Assembly: GCA_030647355.1 (NCBI GenBank)
Contig: JAUSIS010000013.1
Span: 113,117-177,116, forward strand
DNA from: a bacterium
GTDB taxonomy: Bacteria; Patescibacteriota; UBA1384; VFKW01
Length of the DNA: 64,000 bases
Direction: 5' to 3'
Position numbers and translations under genes: made by a program. Positions within the stretch are counted from its first letter, which is position 1; each line of letters opens with the position of its first letter. The notes beneath the pieces were generated by a model, which did not search any database, was not told the origin of the DNA, and saw nothing but the letters and a program-made list of their open reading frames with translations. Shown one piece after another: positions 19,089 through 27,857 of the stretch.

Positions 19089-19661
19089 TTGAATGCACGC
19101 CAACGAATGATCTGTTTTGTCCAAGGGATAGTTGCCGGACTCTGGAACAACCCGAAGTTCGAAACCGCTATCCTACCTGAGGCAACCGGGCTGAAACGGC
19201 TCGAGAATAGTTTCAGCCAGTACCCGGCACCCGCGGAACCGAACCGTATCATAACGGAGTACGGGCATGATGTCTTGAGTATTGGCTACATGACACTCGG
19301 CGGGCTGTTGACTTTCAACTGCTACCCCTACTCTTACATCATGTGTTGCATCAGGACTACCGTCGGACCTGACAGCCTGGAACAACTCTTCTCTCTCGGT
19401 TGGAACCTCAAAACCGACCAGATGGATAGGGTTGGAACGCCTAACTCAAATATCCTGTATCAAGGACTAAACGGCGCTTTCCTGGATCGGCTCAACGAAC
19501 AACTCGATGTTCTTGGACGGATACTGGCCGGCAGGTATCCCGGTGCTGACATCTATGGCTATTACACCGACCAGCTCAAGCAAATGCTGATGGCGGACGA
19601 GAGTCCTAGTGCGGTATTGTTCCGCGATCTACTCCTTGAATGCGGCTCGATCAGAGCCTAA
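19089..19661 (+). CDS. Hypothetical protein (GC-rich cassette)
   Basis: 190-aa ORF with a GGAGGA RBS. Own promoter at 18947-18975 and terminator at ~19674-19700. Confidence 0.45.
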   Translation: MNARQRMICFVQGIVAGLWNNPKFETAILPEATGLKRLENSFSQYPAPAEPNRIITEYGHDVLSIGYMTLGGLLTFNCYPYSYIMCCIRTTVGPDSLEQLFSLGWNLKTDQMDRVGTPNSNILYQGLNGAFLDRLNEQLDVLGRILAGRYPGADIYGYYTDQLKQMLMADESPSAVLFRDLLLECGSIRA

Positions 19662-19761
19662 CGATCCCCTACCAACGCCCCTTCGGGGGTTCTTTTTTTA
19701 TTTCCATGCGTTTGGGTTGACCTTGATAATCGCTCAGCTTATACTCAAGCAAAGGAGCATT

Positions 19762-20370
19762 ATGCAAAAAAGTCCAGAGACATTTACGGAATTAGACCAC
19801 GACGAAGTGCAACGAAAAAGAGATATTGCCGAAATCGAACATTTTAAATTTAAGGGTGCCTGGAAAAGAATAGGCGCCGATTGCTCTGGAGATTCCAGAG
19901 GAGCATGCGCACGAAGCAATAGTGGCAAATGTGGTGTCTACCATAACTGTGAAGCTGCCTCGGCAGCAATGGGGCCCGAGGAAATATGCCCAGCTCACAC
20001 ATCCGAAGAAGATGCTCATAAAGAAGCGGAAGCTATTTACGAAAAAGTTAGTCAACTGGCAAAATTCCATGATATTAGCGATAAGTCCTTTGAATTAAAA
20101 CATGAAATTATCGCTACTAACGGTGATAAAGTTCAACCGAAATATATACTTGATAAAACAGACGAAAGATCAACTGAAGATTTAGCTTGGTATGATCCTG
20201 AGGACATTAAAACTAGTCTAATACTCAAAACAAACTTCCAAAAAGATAGTGATCGGGAAGGGAATGATAATTCTTCTTTCGAGCTTCCTCCGTCTCCTAC
20301 CCCGGAACAGCTAGGAATACTAAAAGAATTCTGCGAAATTCATGGATTATTTAGATCCGAACAACAATAG
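19762..20370 (+). CDS. Hypothetical acidic protein with Cys-rich segment
   Basis: Start at MQKSPETF after an AAAGGAG RBS. Promoter TTGACC-N17-TATACT at 19716-19745. Confidence 0.4.
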   Translation: MQKSPETFTELDHDEVQRKRDIAEIEHFKFKGAWKRIGADCSGDSRGACARSNSGKCGVYHNCEAASAAMGPEEICPAHTSEEDAHKEAEAIYEKVSQLAKFHDISDKSFELKHEIIATNGDKVQPKYILDKTDERSTEDLAWYDPEDIKTSLILKTNFQKDSDREGNDNSSFELPPSPTPEQLGILKEFCEIHGLFRSEQQ

Positions 20371-20450
20371 AGAAACTATATTACTCGAAAAAGCCCGCTT
20401 GACCAGTTACCGACGGGGTGTATAATCCAGACAAAGAAAAGAAAGCTTGA

Positions 20451-21335
20451 ATGAATAACCTTAGAGATAAACCACTTTTTATAGTCACCCTTTTAGCAGC
20501 ACTACTAGCTTTTTGTATATTCAAGAATGAGCTAAGTCAAAAAACAATTTTCTTGGGAATTGCACATACGAACTTATTACAGTTGATTCTCATATTTGCC
20601 ATTCTCCTTTCGCTATCAGCATATTTATACGCATTAGATTTCGTTAGATATGGCACCAGTTTCGAGAATAACATCATCTTGAGACGTTTTATCCTCGTCG
20701 GACACTTTTTTTATATCTTAGCAGTTTTCTTTCCTATAATTATTGGGTTAGTTTGGCTCATAGTCTGGTTATTAAATATTATCTTAGCAAACGTAATTGT
20801 TAATCAGATAGTTACAGTAGTAGTTCTTAGTCTGTCATTTTTCATAAGTAGTTACTTTGCAGACAAAATGAAAAGAAGCCAGAGGAATCAGTTGGCAGAA
20901 AAAATACAAGAGAAAACCGAAGAAAATATGGAAAGAGCATTTGAGCTATATACACAAAAATTTTACCCATCTTTCATTTTAGAAAGCTATAACACCGCTC
21001 TTTCCTTGATTCGAACTACGCTTGAATCAAAAGGCTATAGCACTATTAATCTGCCTGCTACAACGCTCCTGCTGCTCGCCAAGAAAGAAAAGGTTATTTC
21101 ACCATCAGCGCAGGAAAAATTAAATAAACTAAAGATTCTTAGAAATAAAGCAGCCCACATGAATATTACTTTGAGTAAAGCAGATGCTGATTTTGCTAAG
21201 GAAATAGTCAAAAGCATATCAAAACAATTAGATTTCCATCAGTTACTCGAGAAGGAAACGGAAGAAGACCAGCAGAAGTTTAACAAACAAATTAAAACAA
21301 TACAAAATTATATAAAAAAAATTAGAAATAAATAA
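20451..21335 (+). CDS. Membrane-anchored protein with C-terminal HEPN-like (Rx4H, DUF4145-like) domain
   Basis: About four N-terminal TM helices. C-terminal LNKLKILRNKAAHMN carries an Rx4H HEPN motif in a helical context. Very AT-rich. Confidence 0.45.
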   Translation: MNNLRDKPLFIVTLLAALLAFCIFKNELSQKTIFLGIAHTNLLQLILIFAILLSLSAYLYALDFVRYGTSFENNIILRRFILVGHFFYILAVFFPIIIGLVWLIVWLLNIILANVIVNQIVTVVVLSLSFFISSYFADKMKRSQRNQLAEKIQEKTEENMERAFELYTQKFYPSFILESYNTALSLIRTTLESKGYSTINLPATTLLLLAKKEKVISPSAQEKLNKLKILRNKAAHMNITLSKADADFAKEIVKSISKQLDFHQLLEKETEEDQQKFNKQIKTIQNYIKKIRNK

Positions 21336-21399
21336 ATGATTCTCTTTTGCAGGAAGACGAAATAAGCTAACGCTTCTAAACTCTAATTAAAAAGAATAG

Positions 21400-21665
21400 C
21401 TCCCGCTTCATCGCTCCTTTGTTTCTTTGAAAAGGAGAAGTCAATTACGCTCCCAAAGAAGCCTCGGCCACAGGATGGAATCCTAGTGGAACGCTGGGAG
21501 TGTCTTTGAGGAAGTAATTTATTTTCGACGCTTCCCAAGAAGTCGTGCAGGGGTATGGGATTGTAAGGGACATAGGGGGCGGCATCGAAACGAGCCCCCT
21601 TACCCCTTACATACCCTGGCGCTGTCAGCGCCAAAAACCCAGGCATGTCCCATGCCCTCAAACAA
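21400..21665. ncRNA. GC-rich structured intergenic element (candidate small RNA; strand and class unknown)
   Basis: GC-rich island between two AT-rich genes. Nested hairpins CCTGGCGCTGTCAGCGCCAAAAACCCAGG and GGGGGCGGCATCGAAACGAGCCCCC. The 99-aa minus-strand ORF across it looks spurious. Confidence 0.3.
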
Positions 21666-21719
21666 TCTATGCTATAATACAAATAGTAAACTCACTCAAA
21701 AAATAAAAAAGGAGAGGAA

Positions 21720-22439
21720 ATGTTGGAGCTCAAAGATGTAACTAAAAAATTCGGCCCCATAACCGCCGTAGATAATTTATCTTTTGAAATAAACGAAGGC
21801 GAAATAGTCGGCCTCATCGGCCCAAACGGCTCCGGCAAAACCACCGCCCTCAAAATGATTGCCGGCCTCTACCGCCCAACTTCCGGCAAAATAACCATCA
21901 AAAACCACGATGTCGCCAAAGACGCCGAAGAAACTCGCGCTCTTCTCGGCTACATTCCGGATGAACCGGCTGTCTACAGCAAACTGACCGGCGACGAATT
22001 CCTCAATTTTGTCGGAGAAACATTTGGCATCCCCGCCGACAAACGCCAAAGCGCCATTGCCGAACTCCACAAACAATTCCCAATGGAAGAACAAACCGGC
22101 GGCTATTTTGAAGATTATTCCCGCGGCACCCGCCAAAAATTTATGATCATGGCCGCCTTACTTCACAAATCGCCTTTGCTTTTGATTGACGAGCCGATAG
22201 TCGGCCTCGACCCCTCGAGCGCCCACACCGCCACTCGCCTCTTCTCCGAATATGCCAAAGAAGACAAAAGAGCCATTCTCGTCTCCACCCATTCTCTGGC
22301 AGTCGCCCAAGAACTCTGCGACCGCTTCATCGTCTTATCAAAAGGCAAAATGGTTGCCCAAGGGTCGCTGAGCGAACTGCGCAAAGACGCCCAAACCGAC
22401 GGCTCTTTAGAGCAAATCTATCTCAAACTGGCAGAATAA
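21720..22439 (+). CDS. ABC transporter ATP-binding protein
   Basis: Walker A GPNGSGKTT, signature region, Walker B LLLIDEP, and an H-loop. Confidence 0.85.
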   Translation: MLELKDVTKKFGPITAVDNLSFEINEGEIVGLIGPNGSGKTTALKMIAGLYRPTSGKITIKNHDVAKDAEETRALLGYIPDEPAVYSKLTGDEFLNFVGETFGIPADKRQSAIAELHKQFPMEEQTGGYFEDYSRGTRQKFMIMAALLHKSPLLLIDEPIVGLDPSSAHTATRLFSEYAKEDKRAILVSTHSLAVAQELCDRFIVLSKGKMVAQGSLSELRKDAQTDGSLEQIYLKLAE

Positions 22440-22441
22440 TC

Positions 22442-24082
22442 ATGAACACATTATCACTTTTCAACATAATCAACCGCGGCAATTCCTATTGGCGAGGCAA
22501 AAACAAGGCCTTTCCCGTTATTGTCTCCGCTTTTATCGTCCTTATCTTAGGGATTGCCTTCGGCGAATATTACGGCTTCCGATATATCCTGCATACTCTC
22601 GAAGAAGATCCTTTCTTCAAAAACATCATCATTTCCTTTAGCTTCCACGCTATCTTCGCCATTCTCTTTTCCTTGATTGTCGCCAGCGCCCTTATCATAA
22701 GCCCGATATTATTTTTGAAAAACCGCTATGATAATTTTCTATTATCCTTGCCAATTAAAACCCATACCATTTTCTCCGCCCGTTTCATTACCCAGCTAAT
22801 TCTTCTCGGCTGGACAGCCATTATCTTCGGCATGCCGATAATTCTCGCCATCGGCATCAACACCCACGCTTCATTTTCGTTTTACCTGATCGCTGTCATT
22901 TATTTAGCCCTGCTTATCGTCTTAGCCGGAGCTATCAGCAATGCCCTATTGCTTTTGATAATCGCCGTCACCAAAAACAAAATCCCCCGCCTTACCACCC
23001 TGATTAGCTTGGCGGGCGCCGCCCTTTTCTTCTATGCCTTAGTGCGCACTGTCACCCCCCACAACCTCGTGCCATTGCTCCTGCCCGACAACCAAAGCCA
23101 CGTCACTGCCCTTGTAAACATCACCACACAATTTCGCTATTGGCCTTCCACTTGGTATGCCGATTCTGTCTTGCCGCTCGTCAACGGCACTGCGCTTTCG
23201 ACAATTAACTTTCTAATTCTGCCCCTGGTAACCATTGCCGTTTTTCTAATTCAATATCTTCTGGCAGTCAAATTCTACCGCTCGGCACTCCAAGAAACCC
23301 AAGAAAGCCGCGAGAAAAAACCCAAAAAGAACAGTTTTCTAATCAAACTATCCGGCGCCCCAATGCTTTTAGTACGCCAATGGGCGCAAGTCGCCCGCAC
23401 CCGAAACGACATTAACCAACTTTTCCTGTTTATCCTACTCTTTCTTATGTATCTCGGCTTTATCGCCAATTCTCCCAATCTCGGCAGCACACCGGATCCG
23501 GTTTGGACGCCACGCATAATATTTTTCCTCCTGCTTGTGGTCGTCTATTTCATTATCTTAATGGCACTGCGCTTTGCTTTTCCCTTTGCCAGCTTGTCAG
23601 CCAATCTCTCGTGGTTCAATCTATCTCTGCCCCGCTTTCGCGCCCGCTCCTATTCCAGCCATATCATGGCCACATTCCTGCCCATCGCCATAATCCTCGA
23701 GGTAATTATTTTCTTTACCTCCCGCATCATGCAATTCTCCGCGTCTTTTACCACTCCCATGCTGATTATTACTCCTATTTTATGTTTAACCATTATTACC
23801 CTCATCACTGCCGTCGGTTCGGTCTTCCCCGCCTCCCACAACATCAATCCGGAAACTATGAGCACCACTCCCTCCGGTTTACTGGCTCTGGTCGTCGCCA
23901 ACATTTACGCCCTGCTTGCCATCGCCGCTCTCTGGAAAGAAGCATCCAATGCTATAACCGGCGGTCACATTGGTATAAATATCGGCTCTCTTTATTTAAT
24001 CGCTTTATTGAGTTCACTTCTTCTCACTATAATCTTTTGGCGCATCGGCCAGTCGGCCTTCCGCCACCTTCGCCTGGCATAG
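22442..24082 (+). CDS. ABC-2 type transporter permease (multi-TM)
   Basis: 546-aa highly hydrophobic protein immediately downstream of the ATPase, with start overlapping the ATPase stop. Confidence 0.6.
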   Translation: MNTLSLFNIINRGNSYWRGKNKAFPVIVSAFIVLILGIAFGEYYGFRYILHTLEEDPFFKNIIISFSFHAIFAILFSLIVASALIISPILFLKNRYDNFLLSLPIKTHTIFSARFITQLILLGWTAIIFGMPIILAIGINTHASFSFYLIAVIYLALLIVLAGAISNALLLLIIAVTKNKIPRLTTLISLAGAALFFYALVRTVTPHNLVPLLLPDNQSHVTALVNITTQFRYWPSTWYADSVLPLVNGTALSTINFLILPLVTIAVFLIQYLLAVKFYRSALQETQESREKKPKKNSFLIKLSGAPMLLVRQWAQVARTRNDINQLFLFILLFLMYLGFIANSPNLGSTPDPVWTPRIIFFLLLVVVYFIILMALRFAFPFASLSANLSWFNLSLPRFRARSYSSHIMATFLPIAIILEVIIFFTSRIMQFSASFTTPMLIITPILCLTIITLITAVGSVFPASHNINPETMSTTPSGLLALVVANIYALLAIAALWKEASNAITGGHIGINIGSLYLIALLSSLLLTIIFWRIGQSAFRHLRLA

Positions 24083-24084
24083 AA

Positions 24085-24843
24085 TTATTGCACTTGCGAT
24101 ACTTTCCAAAGCTGCTGGAACCAGTTGCGCATGGCAGTCGCGTTTTCCCTGGAAGTAATCACCACACCAAAATTTTCTTTTATTGAGGTCAAAATTGCTA
24201 CATTATCGCCATAAATATAATAATGCGCCGGACACTCAAAACCAACTGGCCCTATTCGCCTCTTTCTCAAGCCTTCCTTCGGATCAAAAAATGAATCAAT
24301 CTTGCCTCTAACCCATACCGAGCGCGTCCAAATCCCCTTCTTTACCTTTCGAGCCACCCAATCAATAAAAAAATTCTTATCCAAAATATCAGTCAATTTG
24401 TTAGTTTCTCCGACATAATAAATCTCATCAACTGGCGTCTCAAGAATCTCCTCGTAAATCGCCTTAATCTCCTCACCTCGGAAAAACCGGACCCTTGGCT
24501 GAAACGGCGAAAACTCGTATAACCGGTTGAATTCCGGCAGAAATTTCTCCAAATTCTCCGCCTGTTCCTGCAATTTCTCCTGCTTGCCTCGAATCAGCGT
24601 CATAATCTTACGAGGCGGATAAGGTATATAAATCCGACGTGTTGCCGTCTGCGTAATCTCAATTAATCCCCTATCTCTTAAGTTTTCTAATTCATGAAAA
24701 ACCGTCGTCCTCGGCAAACCAGTCTTTTCTTTAATTGACACTATACTCGATTCACCAAGTTCAAGACAAGCCAAATAAACTTCAATCTCTTTTTCACTTA
24801 AATCCAATTGTTTTAAAAAATCATCGAATTGCATACTGTCCAC
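24085..24843 (-). CDS. TrmB family transcriptional regulator
   Basis: N-terminal HTH LSEKEIEVYLACLELGESSIVSIKEKTGLPRTTVFHELENLRDRGLI typical of TrmB. C-terminal sensor domain. Confidence 0.7.
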   Translation of the reverse strand: MDSMQFDDFLKQLDLSEKEIEVYLACLELGESSIVSIKEKTGLPRTTVFHELENLRDRGLIEITQTATRRIYIPYPPRKIMTLIRGKQEKLQEQAENLEKFLPEFNRLYEFSPFQPRVRFFRGEEIKAIYEEILETPVDEIYYVGETNKLTDILDKNFFIDWVARKVKKGIWTRSVWVRGKIDSFFDPKEGLRKRRIGPVGFECPAHYYIYGDNVAILTSIKENFGVVITSRENATAMRNWFQQLWKVSQVQ

Positions 24844-24974
24844 CTATTTGGATGATATTAGGAATTGATTTAATCTTACAATAAGCCAAATAACCTGTCA
24901 ATATGGCAATTGGTATCCAATGGTATTGACATTTTTTTGCTCTTAGCGGATAATTTCACGTCAAGCTTAAAGCT

Positions 24975-25165
24975 GACAAAGAACCCATTGCACAAGTCTC
25001 TTAGGTACGAAACAGGAAAGATTATCGACGAAAGACTAGAACTTATGAGGAAACGTAGCCAAAGCTACGTTGACAAATAATTCTTGGCTTGCAGTCATAA
25101 GATTCCCTGCTGCAGTAACCAATAGATCCTGTGAAATGGGTTCGTTACCTTAACAAGAAAGGAAC
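24975..25165 (+). promoter_or_regulatory. Long structured leader upstream of the secreted-protein/radical-SAM operon (riboswitch-like architecture, class unknown)
   Basis: Promoter TTGACA-N17-GATAAT at ~24927-24955. Long-range pairing GAACCCATT (~25003) with AATGGGTTC (~25133) encloses about 120 nt containing the hairpin CGTAGCCAAAGCTACG. Confidence 0.3.
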
Positions 25166-25741
25166 ATGACCCTAATGAAACGTCTGATCATGGCAGTCCT
25201 GGCAGTATTTCTCATTTCTACCTCCCGCACCACCGCCGACCAGCTGGACACCCAGTTCAACTCCTCCCTTACCTGGAACCAGGACGGCATAACCAGCAAA
25301 TACATCCATAGGGAGGCCTACTTTGCCCATCTACGGGAGAATGAGGTGAACATCGGTGCTAGAGTCTCTGATAATCTGACACTGTACGGCGCCTACATCA
25401 CCAACAACCAAGGGGTAGATCGGGCCGGTATCGTCATCGCCATATCCCAACCGCTGGATAGTAAATGGCATGCCTCCGCCAGTCTTCACCTCTACAAAGG
25501 GCTGAACTCCGCTCCCGACAGGTTCAAATGGACCTTGGTCATCGCCAAACCGGTAAGCAAACACTGGTTAGTCGGTATCTACAACTTCGGCAACAGCGTG
25601 CACGGCAATCCCAATAAGTATTGGGAAGGCGGGCCAGCGCTGATTTATCGAAATGGCGCAACAACCATCCCCATTTTCTTTCTCCTGAAAGACGAGGGAA
25701 GAAAGGGAATCCAAGCCAACCTGAACTTCGCGCTAAAATAG
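25166..25741 (+). CDS. Secreted hypothetical protein (signal peptide, beta-rich)
   Basis: N-terminal signal MKRLIMAVLAVFLISTSRTTA. GC-rich. Overlaps or abuts the downstream radical SAM gene. Confidence 0.45.
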   Translation: MTLMKRLIMAVLAVFLISTSRTTADQLDTQFNSSLTWNQDGITSKYIHREAYFAHLRENEVNIGARVSDNLTLYGAYITNNQGVDRAGIVIAISQPLDSKWHASASLHLYKGLNSAPDRFKWTLVIAKPVSKHWLVGIYNFGNSVHGNPNKYWEGGPALIYRNGATTIPIFFLLKDEGRKGIQANLNFALK

Positions 25742-25752
25742 GAGGAAGCAAG

Positions 25753-27168
25753 ATGGAAACCTTTGATGCACATGGTAATGATGACCAGTATAACCGAACC
25801 TGGATACTCGAGGGCACTCACCCTCGTTACCCTGCGATTGTGCTGGTTTCGCCCCGAAACGATCCGAACCGCTATCGGCTGATAGACAGCTCTGACAAGG
25901 GAGCTAGGAAGGGCAGGCGGACACGCATGTCCCTGGGACTGCTCTTTCTGGCCAGCCATCTGCAGGAAGAAATGGGATACCAATTCAATCAGGCACGACC
26001 AACGGAGAACAGCATATTAGCAAAGCTCTCCAAGGGAAAGGTCATTGGTATTTCAACTCTCCCCAGTAGCTACCTGATTGCTACCCAATTGGCAAAGATA
26101 GCCAAGGAATCGGGCGCGATATCGGTCGTCCTTGGGGGACCTTATGCCTCCAGCTGCGCCAGGGAAGTACTCCTGAACCAGCCGGCAGTTGATCTGATCA
26201 TCAGCGGCCCGGGGCAGATACCCCTGCAAATGATCCTGGAAGACCAGGCCCCAGCCAGTATAAAGGGAGTTTCCTATCGCCAGAGAAACCAGATAGTTCA
26301 AAATACCCTACAGTGGCCGCCCTATCCTCGGACAGATACCGACTATTCTCTCTGGACAAGGCAATCTGACGAACATCATGCTCTCACCTACTGGCAAGAC
26401 GGCTGCCCGGTGGGATGCAGACAACCATGCGTCTTTTGCTTCTCCCGCAAAACTACTCCCGTCAGATGTCCAAGCGAGCAAGTTATACGAGAAACAAGAG
26501 CGCTGGTTAATCAAGGGTATAAGACTGTCGAGGATGGAGGGGATGATTTCCCCTGCGGCGGAATACAAACCTATGGCTGGTTAGAATCCCTTATGACAGC
26601 TAAGACCAGGGAAAAGCTCAAACTCGATATGTTCATCCACACATCAGTCAGGAGTGCCACCTGGCAATTCCCGGAACACAGCGAGCTTTGGATGATCAAA
26701 CGCCTTAGGGATATCGGCGTCAAGACCATGCAAGTAGGCTTCGAAACAGATAATCCTTACCAGATGGTGCTCGAGAAAGAATCTCCCGATAAGATCGAGT
26801 TCCTAATCCGTACCGCTCGAGAGTTGGGCATGAATTTCTTCGGAAGTTGGATATTCGGTCATCAAGGGGAAAGTCGAGCAACCATGCTCCGGACAGTAGA
26901 GAAAATCTACTCGATTCACGAACAAGGCCTCCTTTGGGGGCTGCAGTTTGACCTCCTCTGGCCAGGCCCCTCAACTCGCGCCCTCCAAATGCTCCTACCC
27001 GATCATCCCGAGTGGCAAGATCGGGACTTCCTCCCACCAGAAGAGGTCATATCCGCCTGGTTCAAGACCTACACCAAGACCACATTAGACGAAGCGAGAA
27101 ACCTGCGCAATCAAGTCGTCGTAGATCTCTATGACCAGCTAAATTGCGTCGGCAGCATGCTTCTATAA
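25753..27168 (+). CDS. B12-binding domain radical SAM protein
   Basis: N-terminal Rossmann-like B12-binding region (VIGISTLPSSYL...VVLGGPYAS). Radical SAM CxxxCxxC motif in the CRQPCVFC segment. AGGAGG RBS before ATG at 25753. Confidence 0.7.
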   Translation: METFDAHGNDDQYNRTWILEGTHPRYPAIVLVSPRNDPNRYRLIDSSDKGARKGRRTRMSLGLLFLASHLQEEMGYQFNQARPTENSILAKLSKGKVIGISTLPSSYLIATQLAKIAKESGAISVVLGGPYASSCAREVLLNQPAVDLIISGPGQIPLQMILEDQAPASIKGVSYRQRNQIVQNTLQWPPYPRTDTDYSLWTRQSDEHHALTYWQDGCPVGCRQPCVFCFSRKTTPVRCPSEQVIRETRALVNQGYKTVEDGGDDFPCGGIQTYGWLESLMTAKTREKLKLDMFIHTSVRSATWQFPEHSELWMIKRLRDIGVKTMQVGFETDNPYQMVLEKESPDKIEFLIRTARELGMNFFGSWIFGHQGESRATMLRTVEKIYSIHEQGLLWGLQFDLLWPGPSTRALQMLLPDHPEWQDRDFLPPEEVISAWFKTYTKTTLDEARNLRNQVVVDLYDQLNCVGSMLL

Positions 27169-27186
27169 ACCCCCACAAACCCCCAC

Positions 27187-27217
27187 CCAGCTCTTTTCAA
27201 AAAAGAGCTGGTTTTTT
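27187..27217 (+). terminator. Intrinsic terminator after radical SAM gene (CCAGCTCTTTT-CAAA-AAAAGAGCTGG+T6)
   Basis: Perfect 11-bp stem preceded by CCCCCACAAACCCCCACC. Confidence 0.65.
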
Positions 27218-27218
27218 A

Positions 27219-27857
27219 TTAGAGAATACCGGGTAGCTCTCCCAATGAGCTATAGACGCTAACCTTATTTTTTCTAGCAATATCTTGGGGATCGGCAATA
27301 TATTTATTCGGAATAAATACCACCTGGCACCCGGCTGCCAATCCTGCCGTCACCCCTATCTCGCTATCTTCCAAAATCAGGCAATCCATCGGCTTGTTGC
27401 CTGTTGCTTCTATCGCCTTAAGGTAACAATCAGGCGCCGGTTTGGGTCGTCCTTGATCGCCCAAAGCAATAATTTTACTAAAAAAATCCGCCACTCCCAG
27501 ATGACTCATCTTGGTTGAGAGCGATATTTCAGCCGCATTGGTAACCAACACTAACTCATACTTTGGCTCCAAATACTCGAGAAGTTCTCGAGCGCCAGTT
27601 TTCAATTGAGCCGAAGGGTAATTCGCCTCCGCCCTGATAAGATCAATCAATTCCTTGTGGGAAAGCTGAATATCGCAATCATTAACAATGCGCTTGGCTA
27701 AATCCTCCCCTGAAAGACCGAAAAAGCTGCCAAATTCATCCGGATCCATTGATTTATTATGATCTTTGAGAATTCGAATTATCGCCCCGTATATCAGTTC
27801 GTCGGTGTTAATCAGTAATCCATCCAGATCGAAAAAAATTGCTTTAATATTCTTCAT
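27219..27857 (-). CDS. HAD superfamily hydrolase (beta-phosphoglucomutase-like subfamily IA)
   Basis: FFDLDG motif I, VTNA motif II, and K...EDS motifs III/IV. Confidence 0.8.
   Translation of the reverse strand: MKNIKAIFFDLDGLLINTDELIYGAIIRILKDHNKSMDPDEFGSFFGLSGEDLAKRIVNDCDIQLSHKELIDLIRAEANYPSAQLKTGARELLEYLEPKYELVLVTNAAEISLSTKMSHLGVADFFSKIIALGDQGRPKPAPDCYLKAIEATGNKPMDCLILEDSEIGVTAGLAAGCQVVFIPNKYIADPQDIARKNKVSVYSSLGELPGIL

Noticed and set aside
9592-20430. Integron (intI-attC cassette array) interpretation of the recombinase plus GC-rich cassette block
   Set aside because: The recombinase shows XerD-like features (RxxxWxxIKxYAxxAGI-type region) without an obvious IntI-specific insertion. 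Each cassette carries its own promoter, unlike promoterless integron cassettes. The 3' ends are ordinary intrinsic terminators rather than attC-like imperfect palindromes with R/L boxes. Site-specific acquisition is still possible, but not a classical integron.
23503-24186. His-rich 227-aa plus-strand ORF overlapping the ABC-2 permease
   Set aside because: It lies entirely inside the permease coding region in another frame, and its composition (H/R/Y-rich) is typical of an out-of-frame translation of a hydrophobic gene. Not a gene.
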